This document shows positions 1 to 11,735 of a stretch of DNA of 64,000 nt, one piece after another; within the stretch, counting starts at the first letter, position 1, and every line of letters starts with the position of its first letter. A program made the translations under genes and the position numbers. The DNA is taken from assembly GCA_010909165.1 (NCBI GenBank), contig VJWM01000135.1:656964-720963 (forward strand), read 5' to 3'. The notes beneath the pieces are model-generated. The model saw nothing but the letters and a program-made list of their open reading frames with translations. It did no database searches and was not told where the DNA came from. Origin of the DNA: Anthoceros angustus. Lineage: Eukaryota; Plantae; Anthocerotophyta.

Positions 1-335
1 TCTATCCATTTGTGGCCCTTGTTCTCCCTCTACCTAAGGCTGTGGATTGTGGCTAGCCTGCCTCCGAGGAGTCGGAGCCGTCTGCGGGCTTCCGCACCCT
101 TCTCTCCTGGTAACCCACCAGCAGCTCAGCTGCCTGCCCGCGGAGGTCGGGGTCCAATCTCTTTCTTACCCCTCATCTGCAGCGCCCAGCTCCTCTTCTT
201 CTCGGCGGAGGAGAAGGCAGCTGCTGCAGCTCCTCTTCTTCTCTCGCAGCTGGGACAGGACCCAGGTCCCGAAACAGAAGCCGAAGCAGAAGCGGAAGCG
301 GAAGCGGAAGTCGAAGCGCCTCGCTCCCTGCAGCC

Positions 336-3311
336 ATGGCCGCCGTGCGGTGCAATGTTGCCCAGGTGGGCGCTGCGGCCGCGGCCGCTCCGGGGGCGAT
401 CCGGGCTGCGTCCGGCCAGGGGGTGGACCGGGTGGCCGCGCAGGCCTTCCCTGTGGGCACGTTCTCCGGGCTGAGGCTCGCGTCCAAGGGGCAGCGCGCG
501 GTGTCCGCCTCCCCCGTGCAGAATGCGTCTGCCGGGAAGCTGCAGAAGGCGGCGCCTGTGCGGGCTACCGCGGCCGTGGAGACTCTGGAGAAGACGGACG
601 TGGCGTTGGTGGAGAAATCCATCAACACCATCCGCTTCCTGGCCATCGATGCGGTGGAGAAGGCCAATTCTGGGCACCCCGGGCTGCCCATGGGCTGCGC
701 TCCCATGGGCCACATTCTCTTCGACGAAATCATGCGGTACAACCCTAAGAATCCCTACTGGTTCAACAGGGATCGGTTTGTGCTGTCTGCCGGCCACGGA
801 TGCATGCTGCAGTACGCTCTGCTCCATCTTGCGGGATACGACAGTGTCCAGGTATGCCTGTATGTCTCGTCATGTTGTTGTTGTTCAAGTGCATTTCGGC
901 TCCGTCTATTGTTGTTGGTTGGGGTTGCATGCTTGTCGCACTAAAACATCCTGCCTCGCTGTCCGGGTTTCAGGAGGAGGATCTGAAGCAATTCCGTCAG
1001 TGGAAGAGCAGGACTCCCGGCCACCCAGAAAATTTTGAGACACCCGGTGTCGAGGTCACTACTGGTAATGAACAGTCCTTCGAGATGATAGTTGTTGTGC
1101 CAGCACGCCATGCATGCTCCATCTTGTTGCATGTCGCCGACACTCTCGTCTGTCGTGGCAGGTCCTTTGGGGCAGGGAATTGCGAATGCTGTGGGTCTGG
1201 CTTTGGCCGAAGCGCACCTTGCTGCCCGTTACAACAAGCCTGATGCCAAGGTTGTCGACCACTACACGTAAGTGTCCAGTGTGCTGCATGTTGATTTTTT
1301 TTTTTCTAATCGAACTGTCCTCCAGTGGCCGTTTCTTACCGATCTGTGTGTCTCAACCTTCGCAGATACTGTATCCTTGGAGATGGATGCAACATGGAAG
1401 GTATCTCGAATGAGGCTGCATCTCTTGCGGGTCACTGGGGGCTGAACAAGCTCATCGCTCTGTACGACGATAACCACATCTCCATTGACGGAGACACCAA
1501 GATTGCCTTCACCGAGAGTGTGGATGACCGCTTCAGGGCTCTAGGTTGGCATGTTATCTGGGTGCAGAACGGAAACACTGACTATGATGCTATCCGGGCT
1601 GCTATTGCTGAGGCGAAGACCATCAAGGATAAGCCTGTTTTCATCAAGGTAAATTTTTGTGATGACTTGCCAGCGTGTTCTGGTCATTTCCGTAGTCCCG
1701 TTGTATGTCGAGTCTAATGTTTTTCAGAGTCTGGTGGCAATGTTGGGGGCCCGACCTTCATCTTTGTTTTTGTTGTTCTTGCAGGTTACTACCATCATTG
1801 GATTTGGTTCTCCCAACAAGGCAAACTCTTACAGCGTCCATGGAGCAGCTCTCGGAGCTAAGGAGGTGGACGCAACACGCAAGAACCTTGGCTGGCCATA
1901 CGAGCCTTTCTTTGTCCCTGAGGATGTGAAGAGGTACGCTAGGGCCATCATCTGTTCCTTGCTTGTGTGTCAATTTGTCATATAGGTTGCAGCAGATTGT
2001 ACTGGATGTTGTGTTGATAATTTATTGCTTGTGCTAGCCACTGGAGCCGCCACACCAAGGAAGGTGCTGCTTATCAGGCTGAGTGGGAGGCTGCTGTCGC
2101 TGCATACGAGAAGAAGTACCCTGCGGAGGGGGCTGAGTTCAAGCAGCTCATCAGCGGAGAGCTTCCAGAGGGCTGGGAGAAAGCTTTGCCTGTAAGATCT
2201 ATCCAATGACGCATGCACTAGGTTTCAGATTCTGGGGAGTTCAAGCAATATTTTAGAAGTTTGTTTGCCATTCTTTGTTTCTGGGCTTCAGTCTACCTGG
2301 GGCTTCTTTCTGGAAGATCTAACCATGTTTATGTACCGTGGATTGCAGACTTACACCCCAGAGACACCTGGTGATGCCACCCGTAACTTGTCTCAGACGA
2401 ATCTGAACGCACTTGCAAAGGTGCTGCCAGGGCTTATTGGAGGAAGTGCTGACTTGGCTGGATCCAACATGACTTTGATGAAGATGTTCGGTGACTTCCA
2501 AAAAGACACACCCGAAGAGCGCAACCTGCGATTTGGTGTGAGGGAACACGCCATGGGAGCCATCTGCAACGGTATCCTACTCCACAACAGCGGGCTGATC
2601 CCATACTGCGCGACCTTCTTCATCTTCACTGACTACTTGCGGGCTGCTATGCGCATCTCTGCCCTGAGCGAGGCTGGTGTGATCTATGTCATGACCCACG
2701 ACTCCATCGGTCTGGGAGAGGACGGTCCCACCCACCAGCCTATCGAGCATCTGGCCAGCTTCAGGGCCATGCCCAACATCCTCATGCTCAGGCCAGCTGA
2801 CGGAAACGAGACTGCGGGATCCTACAAGGCTGCTGTACTGAACCGGAAGACACCGTCTGTGATTGCCCTCTCCAGGCAAAAGCTGCCCAACCTTGCAGGA
2901 TCTTCCATCGAGAACACGCTGAAGGGTGGCTACGTCCTCAGCGACAACTCCACTGGAAACAAACCCGATGTCATCCTCATCGGCACAGGTTCCGAGGTGG
3001 AAATCGCCGAGAAGGCTGCCAAGGTCCTGAGGGACGAGGGGAAGGCGGTGAGAGTGGTGTCCTTCCCCTCCTGGGAACTTTTTGAGCAGCAGAGCGCTGA
3101 GTACAAGGAGAGCGTCTTCCCGGCAGCTGTGACCGCCAGGGTGTCCATCGAGGCCGGTGCAACCTTGGGATGGGAGAGGTACGTGGGCTCCAAGGGTAAG
3201 ATCATCGGTTTGGACCACTTCGGTGCCAGCGCACCCATCGGCATCCTGTACAAGGAGTTCGGCCTCACCGCGGAGAATGTGGTGGCCAAGGCTAAAGAGA
3301 CCCTGGCCTGA
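336..3311 (+). CDS. TKL: Plastid transketolase, 7 exons (336-851, 974-1064, 1162-1267, 1366-1648, 1785-1933, 2038-2191, 2349-3311)
   Basis: Ala-rich transit peptide, then [38 protein letters not shown], ThDP motif LGDGCNMEG...[34 protein letters not shown]. All junctions are GT-AG and keep the frame. Confidence 0.97.
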
Positions 3312-4327
3312 AAGTACCCATGCTTAGTGTGAGGTTTATCTTACCCCTTTCCGAGGTTTTTTCTTCTTAGCAACTGGTAATGGGCATTGGGGATTGATTC
3401 CTCCTCCCACCATTCTGAACAGACGACAGGCAGCCGTGAGCATATCCGATGAGATGTGTCCATTCTGCAGCCTTTTCACAATCAATCCTTAGACGTGAGT
3501 GATACATTTTTTTATGTCGTCCCGAGCATAGACAAGAAGCAAGCAGTCTGCAGTTTTGGCAGGAATCGATGGAATCTTTCTTCCACTCAGCAACAAGATG
3601 TGAGTGACAGCCGAAGAGGTGGTCACATCAATAAATGAAGCTGTGCTGCCAGTGGCCAGCCTGAGGAATTCTGTGGGAAGTCTTGCAGTGCTCTGGCTTT
3701 CGTACACTGGCTTTATGAGCAGAGGATATTTGGTGAATCACACAGGATATGTACGAGCTGCTGCTCGGGTATGACTGGAGGTTTGAAACATTGTTTGTGT
3801 GCATCTGGTTGGCCCAGGGCAGCATTGCCAGACTGGATAGGTCTCAGCACCCAGGTCCACCAATTTCCTAATCGATCGTAATCGCCCAGCGAGCACAAAA
3901 GATGTCATCCTTCGATGGGTGGAAGTCGGAGGCCCCCAAAGACGCAGTCCAGTCAAACCCATCCTCCTTTCGGTCTGCTCGCAGCCGACCGCGGCCGAAG
4001 ACAAAGCCCCCTTTCTTGCTTTCTTGCTCGGAGCCAGTCATGTGGTGCCTCCTTGCACACGATGCACACATAAGTACATACATTCATATTTCATATCAAC
4101 ACGCATGTAGTCTAGAAAGAAGGCTAAAGAGCCGAGCCGTTGCTCGTTCGGGAAAAGAAGAGGCTTTCCGCTTTCTGCAGGCAGGAAAGGATGACATGAT
4201 GAAGGATGACCGCTTCCATCATTCGCAAAGCCCTCATGACGCAAGAGCCTAACTGCACCGCAGCAGTCAGAAGGGCTCATCAATGGCCTCCACATCGAGC
4301 ATGTGTGCAAGGATTCACATATGCATA

Positions 4328-4864
4328 CAGTCCACCCCCCCTAAATGGGACTGGTTCGGAGTGCCTTTAGAGGTCCCATTAAGGGAGGTGTCCCGATTAT
4401 ATTTTCCCTATTTAAAAATAATAAAAATATTATAAACTCTAAAAATCAAAAATACCCAAAAAAGAAAATTTTAAATTTTGATTGATAGGTTTCACTAAAA
4501 ATAACTTTTACCACTTCTTTATATAGTTGTTTGAAAGCTAGCGCTCTCTCAAAGCAACATCAAAAAACCTCTACCTATCATAAAGGAAAAAGCTTAGCTT
4601 AAGAGTTTTCAATCACACCTAAAAGTCTATTGTTCTCTGAAATAATGGATTCTTTTTTCTTTCTTTTTTAATTGTTTTTAGTAAAAAAATTAGAAATCCC
4701 ATTTAGGGAGGTGAAACTAACATGAATGTATGTTTCAAAAGGTCCCAATTATCATTTAGGGAAAAGTCCCATTTATTACATTGTAAACTAAAGGGAGTTG
4801 GATGGGAGGTCCCATTTAGAGAGAAATTCCATTTATAGAGTTCCCAATTAGGGAGGGCCGACTG
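4328..4864. mobile_element. Non-autonomous Tc1/mariner-superfamily (pogo-like) MITE, 537 bp
   Basis: TA on both flanks (4326-4327, 4865-4866). Imperfect TIRs CAGTCCACCCCCCCTAAATGGGAC versus reverse complement CAGTCGGCCCTCCCTAATTGGGAA (19/24 match). AT-rich non-coding interior with repeated TCCCATTTAG(GG)-like subterminal motifs. Confidence 0.75.
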
Positions 4865-5059
4865 TACATGGGGCCGCGTGAAGGAACGGATTCCCACGCA
4901 CATTATGACATGGGCCGTAGCGCCCTTGATGGGCGCCTTGATGAGGACAGAGAGGCGATGGCGGGCATGCGCACCAGCCCCTTCACGGGGGCAGCAGCAG
5001 ACAGAAGGCACCGGGTTTCGGAACGGCAGCCACCCTCGGTCCCGAGTCTCACCAAATAA

Positions 5060-5129
5060 TGGCTATGGCAGGGTTCGACCCTGCGACCTGCGTGTTCTCA
5101 GCCCGTCGCTCAGCCAACTGAGCAATGCC
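5060..5129 (-). pseudogene. Degenerate tRNA-like sequence with a tRNA-Ile-type body; tRNA pseudogene or tRNA-derived SINE head
   Basis: Minus strand reads GGCATTGCTCAGTTGGCTGAGCGACGGGCTGAGAACACGCAGGTCGCAGGGTCGAACCCTGCCATAGCCA. It has an A-box-like TGCTCAGTTGG, an AGGTC variable loop and a perfect T stem GCAGG/CCTGC. The T loop is mutated, and the anticodon and acceptor stems are mismatched. Confidence 0.65.
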
Positions 5130-6002
5130 GACAGCCCGAGGAGTCGTGGCTCAGGCAGGGCCAGGACGCGCGAGCGGGCCAGCTCGGTCCACTGAAACCG
5201 CTCGCTCGCTTAACCGCACGGCAGCGAGCTGGATGTACAGATCTGGTGCTGACAGGGGATTTCAGGCTTCCAGGCTTTCGGGCCGGACGGCGCGATGTCG
5301 CTCCCCGCACCCTTGTTGCGTGCCTTGCTCGGCCGCCCAGCTCGGCTCGCAGCTGGGCAGTGCGATGCGCGGCTCGTGCCTAACCGCCCCAACGGCATGA
5401 GGGAGGCGGGTAGGAGCGGGCATGACGGAGCGTGACGAGGCAGCCCCGGATTCGACTGGCATCGGAAAGAGAAAGTGGGTTGGCTCGCCCGCGAGTCGCC
5501 GGGGCCGGGCGCCCGAGGTGCATGCGCCTGCCATGGCGGATCAACGTGGCCCGCGTTGCGCACAACACGCATTTGCCGACTACACCCCGGCACTTCGCAA
5601 GCCTGTGCCACTGCCAGTCGTGAGAGATGAGCCAAGAGAAGCCCTTCCCCTCCCGGAAGCTAAATCAGAGAGAGATGCGGGTTCTAAATAAATCAGCGCT
5701 CCTATCGCGGGGCTAATTCTGGCCATCTCTGCCTACTGGCGGCCATCTCAAGGCTCTACCGCCTCGCCTGCCCACAACCCAAGTCGCAAAGGCATCAATT
5801 TCGCACGCATCGGAGCCTGCTCTTCCGCTTCCCACCCAAGGCCACGCCTTGCGGTCTAGGTGGGGCTCTTGCGTTGCTTCTTCCCACCTTTCTCCCGCTG
5901 TCCATGTCTTTCTTGCTTGCTCAAATCGGCGGTGGGGCGGTTCCGGGTCTGAATCAGCCAGCCTCGCCAGCCTGATCCTGCCGCTGCCGCCCGGAATTGG
6001 CC

Positions 6003-7427
6003 ATGAACAAGTATCTGGACAGGTTGTCGGAGATAGAGGTGACCTTCACCGGCCTGGCTGTGGGAGGAGGGGGAGTGGTGGAGAGGGGAGGGGAGATGGC
6101 GGTGGGGGCAGCGGGAATTGATGAGCAGCAGGAGAAGGAGGAGCAGCCGCACTTGCTGCTCTACATGCTAGAGGAATTGGAGCAGGGACATGTGGGGGAG
6201 GGCTCGGAGGGTGGAGGTTGTGGTATGGATGCGGCGGTCTGGAGTGGGCTGCCGGCGGACATGCTGGAGAGGGTGCTGCTCATGCTGCCGTCTGCGACCC
6301 AGCTGCGATTTCGCGTTGTGTGTAAGAAGTGGAGGTCGATGCTTTCCTCCCCGCGCTTTCTTGATCAGAGCGCGTGTTTGGCGTTCGCGGCCGGGCCGCC
6401 GATCTGCGCGTACGAGTACAAGCCCGGGAGGCTGAGGCCGGAGGTGGAGGCGCGGAATTTCTATCCGAGGAACTTCGGGCCGCTGCTCCGGTCTCGGCAC
6501 AAGGTTTACAAGCTGGACCTGTCGTTTGTGCCCAGGAAGTTCTCCAAGTGGAAGCGGGGGATCGAGCGGTGTGTTTCGCATAGTGGGCTGCTGTGCATCT
6601 ACAATGCGGACTGGAAGCTGAGCAGAATTTGCATATGCATCATCAATCCGGTGAGCAGGACGTGGAGGGAGTTGCCGCCTCTGGCCGTGCCCGGGATGGA
6701 GGACTGGGACATCATCCTGGTGGCGGAGCGCAGGTTCAAGTCCAGCTACAGCGTGGTGGTGATCTGGAATCGGGGATGCAGCGATGCGTTTCAGGCTCCG
6801 GGATACATCGGGGTGTACTCTTCGGAGAGCAGGAGCTGGAGCACGTCGGAGTGCGAGCCGTGTTTGAGGAACCTGTCTTGGAGGAACTGCGTTGTGTGTG
6901 ATGAATTTCTCTACTTCCATGCCAAGGCGCAGGTGGTGCGGCACCGGATTAGTGATGGGAAGTGCGTCAGCAGGATGGACGAGCCTCACGACTGGAGTGA
7001 TGGGTATAAGGATGTGTTTTTGGTGGAGCAGCAGGGGGTGGCTTTCTGGGTGGACTTCATCATCCCCGGCATCGCCGAGTCTGATCGTACTTGCGGGGTT
7101 TGGAGGCTGAACGAGAGTAGCTTGCAGTGGGAACAGGTCTCGGTGTCTCCTAAACCCCTCATAGACAAGCTCAAGACACCCTTCTTGAAGGGGGAGGGCG
7201 TTGATGCCTCGGCCTTCCGTCTGTGGTTGAAGAAGGTTGTTGCTGCTGGGGATTTCATTTTTTTCACCATCTGCCTGGAGAGCTGGATCGATGACTGCTG
7301 CTGGACCCATCTAGTAGGATACCACGTCGGGCAACAGGCCTGGCAAATTTTGGTGTATGATCATGTTGGCCATCCCATCAGCGATGAGTTTTACTTCGTG
7401 GAGCCCAACGGTGACCTTGTTGTATAG
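6003..7427 (+). CDS. F-box protein with F-box-associated/kelch-like C-terminal region, single exon
   Basis: WSGLPADMLERVLLMLPSATQLRFRVVCKKWRSML F-box motif, then SHSGLLC and CIINPVSRTWRELPPL, typical of plant F-box proteins. ATG at 6003. Confidence 0.9.
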   Translation: MNKYLDRLSEIEVTFTGLAVGGGGVVERGGEMAVGAAGIDEQQEKEEQPHLLLYMLEELEQGHVGEGSEGGGCGMDAAVWSGLPADMLERVLLMLPSATQLRFRVVCKKWRSMLSSPRFLDQSACLAFAAGPPICAYEYKPGRLRPEVEARNFYPRNFGPLLRSRHKVYKLDLSFVPRKFSKWKRGIERCVSHSGLLCIYNADWKLSRICICIINPVSRTWRELPPLAVPGMEDWDIILVAERRFKSSYSVVVIWNRGCSDAFQAPGYIGVYSSESRSWSTSECEPCLRNLSWRNCVVCDEFLYFHAKAQVVRHRISDGKCVSRMDEPHDWSDGYKDVFLVEQQGVAFWVDFIIPGIAESDRTCGVWRLNESSLQWEQVSVSPKPLIDKLKTPFLKGEGVDASAFRLWLKKVVAAGDFIFFTICLESWIDDCCWTHLVGYHVGQQAWQILVYDHVGHPISDEFYFVEPNGDLVV

Positions 7428-7824
7428 CACATTCATCGCAACATTTTTGTTTCTTGCGATAGGTAGGGGCAGCCAATGACAGGAGCATTACATTATTGAC
7501 AAGGTAGTCTACCTTCAGCAAGCATTTTGGACAGCAGCTTGCTGAGCAAACTTCCGCTTGTGCTTTTGTGGGCAACGTTATTACAGAATGTGGAGGATGG
7601 CAACAGTTAGTAGGATGTAAATTCCCAGGATGGCCGGAACATATGTTGGACTAACATCCTCATTTCAACAAGGAGAGTTCCATCTTTGCACACGCAATGT
7701 TGTACAAGAGGAAGATGAAGCGCATCTCCTTCACATCCCGCATATGTACAAACTGTCTACCAGACAGCAAACAACAACTTCCAAAAAAAGTCTCCCTATC
7801 TGGAAGTCTGAAGACTTGAAATGG

Positions 7825-8592
7825 CTACGCAGGGCCACCGTTTACTCGAATCACCTGCCCGTTCACCCACTCCCCTTCATCAGAAGCAAGGAAAAGCACG
7901 ACAGCGGCAATGTCCTTCGGCTCCCCAAGTCGCCCCAATGCAGTGGTCTCTCTGAAGCGCTCGAGGGTGGCCTCGTCCTTGCCCGCGAAGAACATCTCCG
8001 TGGCCACAGGCCCCGGGGAGACGCAATTGGCAGTGATGTGCTTGCCTTTGAGCTCCTTGGAAGCGATGAAGGTGAGGGTTTCCACAGCAGACTTGCTGGC
8101 GGTGTAGGCAGCGTATCCAGGCAACAGAGTGGCCACCAAGGTGCTGCTGGTGTTGATGATGCGGCCTCCTCCGCCGGTGACAAGCCGATTCACAGCCTGC
8201 TTGGTGACCAGGAACGTCCCCCGCGTGTTCACATGGAAGATCCTGTCCCAGTCCTCCTCCGTGGTGTCTCCCAGCTTCGGGTAATTTGTCAACAGAAGCC
8301 CGGCATTGTTCACCACGATGTGCACCTTCCCGAAGACCTTCTCCGCCTCGTCGAAGAGCGCCGTCACGTCCTCGCTCTTGCTCACATCCGCCTTCACCGC
8401 CAAAGCTTGGCCAGCCCCCGCGGCCTTCACCAACTCCACCACCTCCGCCGCGGCCTTCTCGTTCCCCTGGTAGCACAGCACAACACTCGCCCCCGCTCCC
8501 GCCAGCTTCAGCACGATCTCCCGCCCGATGCCTCGCGAGCCCCCCGTCACGATTGCAACTCGCCCCTGCAGCTTGTACGCCCCAGATGCCAT
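7825..8592 (-). CDS. Classical short-chain dehydrogenase/reductase (FabG-like; plant NADPH-dependent aldehyde reductase-like family), intronless
   Basis: TGGSRGIG Rossmann motif, VNNAG, catalytic Ser region NTSST, YTASK (YxxxK), ANCVSPGPVAT, C-terminal WVNGQVIRVNGG. ATG at 8592. Confidence 0.93.
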   Translation of the reverse strand: MASGAYKLQGRVAIVTGGSRGIGREIVLKLAGAGASVVLCYQGNEKAAAEVVELVKAAGAGQALAVKADVSKSEDVTALFDEAEKVFGKVHIVVNNAGLLLTNYPKLGDTTEEDWDRIFHVNTRGTFLVTKQAVNRLVTGGGGRIINTSSTLVATLLPGYAAYTASKSAVETLTFIASKELKGKHITANCVSPGPVATEMFFAGKDEATLERFRETTALGRLGEPKDIAAVVLFLASDEGEWVNGQVIRVNGGPA

Positions 8593-9563
8593 AGCTGCTC
8601 CAGTCACCAAATTTGCATGCCCCGTTTGCCTTTAAATCCTGCTTGCCACTCGGAAGAAGCTTCTTGCGCGCCTTCCCCGGCCGCATATCACATCTCCTGC
8701 AACGTCAGTCGAAATTCGCACCTTTCAGCAATTTTGTCCAGTAGCTCATCCTGCAGACAACTTGACAAGGGGCACGTTATGGCTAAGCGGGATCACAGAA
8801 CGGCGTAACAGAACGACCAGGAGAGAACGGCGGATCCTATTCCTCACGGAAGGCAGGAGCATTGAGGTAGGTGAAAACCGGCCATCACTCCACGCAGCTC
8901 AAAATGTCCTACCTTCTCTGCTGCAATCAGAGAAATGTTCGATTTGCAAAGGAGGGATTCCTTTCCTTGATTTGACTGGTGCCGACTGCGGAGGAGGCTT
9001 CATAGCAAGCACCGTCAGCTTTCAAGCAGAGCATGTGTGACCTAGGAATCGAAGGAGCTGCAGAGTGCTTCGGTTGAGAACGGGAGGATCGTGGAATGTC
9101 TGAGGAGTGGAGAATGTTCGGAGAATGTTGGAAGGTGAAGATATCTGAACTTTGGCATATGCATTAGAATCTGTTTGATCCTCTTGAAGACATTCTTGCG
9201 TTGCATGCAGATCGTAGGTTACGCAGTTGCAACTTACGCCATAGCCGCAGATTTTACCAGCAGTGAACTTGTGAAGACCCCGTCAGTGTATGGCTGTTGC
9301 CACGTCACAATGGTGTCTAAATGCAGATGGGGGACCTTTAGGACACAGCCAGTTGTACGTCCGCCCTGGCGCCTTCTTCTCCAGGCTCTGGCTGTGCCTC
9401 CGCCCTTGTTTTTTGTGATTGTGGAGTTGCTGCGGCTGCTGCCGAGCGGAAATCACACGGATCGGTCGGTTTGTGTGCCTCCTTGACTGCCGTCGTTTCC
9501 CTCCGGAGGTGATGGCGTTTGTTGCGGTTTTCTGAGCTCGTTTGTGTTGTGGAAGCTCTGCAG

Positions 9564-10689
9564 ATGTCGACTCTCACAGATGTCATCGCGCTCATTGTCT
9601 CCATAGCTCTTCATGTCGGTCTTGGATTTGCTGTGGCGTATTTCTTCGGAGGCGGAGACAGTGGTATGCGTGTCTCCCTTTTTGGCAACTTTGTCTGCCG
9701 GATAACATGTTCCTCATGGTACAATTTTTTGGATCAAGTCTTGTGACGCCTTTTTCGCACTTGTTTCACAGATTGGTACAGGCAGCTCAACAAGCCGTCG
9801 TGGACGCCTCCGGTATGGAGAGAACTGTTAGACTGTGACATTCGACATGCAGTGTGTGTGGAGTTTTGAGTTCTTACGGCTGTCCCGCTCCGTGCTGTGT
9901 AGGACTATGCTTTTCCCGTGATTTGGACCATTCTGTATATTTTGCTTGGCGTCTCCGCTTGGTTGGTGTGGAGAGATGGAGGTAACGAGGAGAAACTTGG
10001 TGGCTTTGGCACTTGTGGGAATGGGAAGCTGGCTGCCTGCTTGCTGACGTCCAAGTTGACATGTGCCCTGCTCTTGTGCCTCTTGTGGCAGGCTTTTCTC
10101 GGCATGGGCTAGCTCTCGGAATCTACATTCTGCAGGTGAAAGCTGAAACGCTCTACTCTGCTTTGATGACTGCGAGTTGATTTCAAACTCTACTCGTGGG
10201 GTTTCAGTAGCTGAGAAGAGCATGGACTGGTTGTGCAGCTGGTGCTGAATCTCCTCTGGACGCCCCTTTTCTTCTATCTGCATCGCCCGGTAAGTGCGGT
10301 AGTTGCACATTGTCACTCCTCTCATCATGTTTCAGATAGCCGACATGGCTTAAGAGATGTGGGGTTCTACAGGCTGTCGCATTGGCGGAGATTGTCTTGC
10401 TGTGGATTTCCGTGATTGTCACGATCTTCTTATTCTACCAAGCAGACAGGATTGCAGCCTACCTCCTTATTCCGTACATCTTATGGTAAGAGGATGTGGA
10501 ATAGTTTTCTGCTTGACATGTGGCCCGTAGTGCTATCCCACAACTTCACTTGTGTCTATGCACTGCAGGGTCACTTTGGCTGCAGCTCTCAATGGCTACA
10601 TCTGGCTGAACAACCCCCCGGATGGTCAGAACCGGCCAAGTGGTGGATATGACATCACACAGCCCTTGACACAGGGAAGCTCGGTGTAA
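9564..10689 (+). CDS. TSPO: TspO/MBR (translocator protein), 7 exons (9564-9663, 9772-9812, 9903-9981, 10092-10135, 10239-10289, 10373-about 10485, about 10569-10689)
   Basis: The spliced product contains WYRQLNKPSWTPP, AFPVIWTILY, ALGIYILQLVLNLLWTPLFF and AAYLLIPYILWVTLAAALN, the canonical TspO motifs. Not evident from the ORF track because the exons are small. Confidence 0.92.
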
Positions 10690-10766
10690 TACCGTCATGA
10701 CGCCTCTACTCTATGTAGAACACCAGTAGAGTACTTGGGCCATATTTTAGTATCCTAAGCTAAGAC

Positions 10767-11585
10767 CAAGTATCGGCGTTCCTACGGCTTGCGAGGCGAC
10801 TTAGATGTAGCCTTTCACTACAGTGTTGACTGCTTTACGAAGCGGAGACCAGGTGGGGTTCCCAACATCCGCTTTGGAAATAGTCTCCCCCTCATCCCTT
10901 TTGTCGCATCACGGTCCTCCCCCAGGCCTCAGTATCTCTGATTTGGAATAGGGACTCTGAAATGAGGTGCAGCATGCAGGCACCACAGTGCCACACTTCT
11001 GGTGTCTGACATCGTCCATCTCTTGCAGGCCACGCGTAAACCACCTGCAGCTGTGCATCTTGAAACCGTTGCGTGTCTGGACTGACAAAATTTGCAGACA
11101 GTGGAGGATCCTACCTCGGCCGCAGCGTGGCTCAAGTTAACAGGCCGAGAAGAAATTGTATATACCCCACCTTCCCCAGCTTTGAAGATAGGAAATCACA
11201 AATAACTTGCAAGCTACGATCAAGTATTGGCGTTCCTAGGTTCCCTCGACTCAGATGTAGCCTGGCTCTACACAGTTGGAGTGTGAGCTAAGCGTATACT
11301 ACATTGCCCTGTCAATCTAGCCCCTGCGCGCTGGAATTGCCACCCCCCAACCCCTTTTGTCGCATCCATTCACGTCCAGGGCTGCATCTTTAACTTGGCA
11401 TTGGGAAAAGGAAACCAGGTGCAGCATGCAATCACCACACTCCAGGTGTACATCATAGATCCCTCAGTTGAAAGGCCGAAAACGTCCCTGAGTTGAAAGG
11501 CCGACAACGTCCAAAGAAGGAATTGAATATACCCCACCTTGCCCAGCTTTGGAGACTGCAAATTACACATAAATGGTAAGCTGCA
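10767..11585. repeat. Diverged tandem duplication; copy A about 10767-11215, copy B about 11221-11585
   Basis: Collinear shared blocks CAAGTATYGGCGTTCCTA, AGATGTAGCCT, CCTTTTGTCGCATC, AGGTGCAGCATGCA and ATATACCCCACCTTNCCCAGCTTTG. Confidence 0.75.
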
Positions 11586-11735
11586 CCATTTGAACGTGAT
11601 TATGAACGATCAATAGCCCAACAACCAGTACCGTCGTCTGTCCTCCTGTTTAGCCGGAGAGGTGGTTGGAGCTCTGCCCTCGCCCGTTGGGTTCAGGATT
11701 TTTACGGTTGCTTCGAACAGCCTGCTGTACAGTGG

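Noticed and set aside
6168-8808. Long antisense ORFs (6168-7310 -, 7630-8808 +, 7880-8686 -)
   Set aside because: Shadow or alternative frames of the GC3-rich F-box and SDR genes; no domain motifs.
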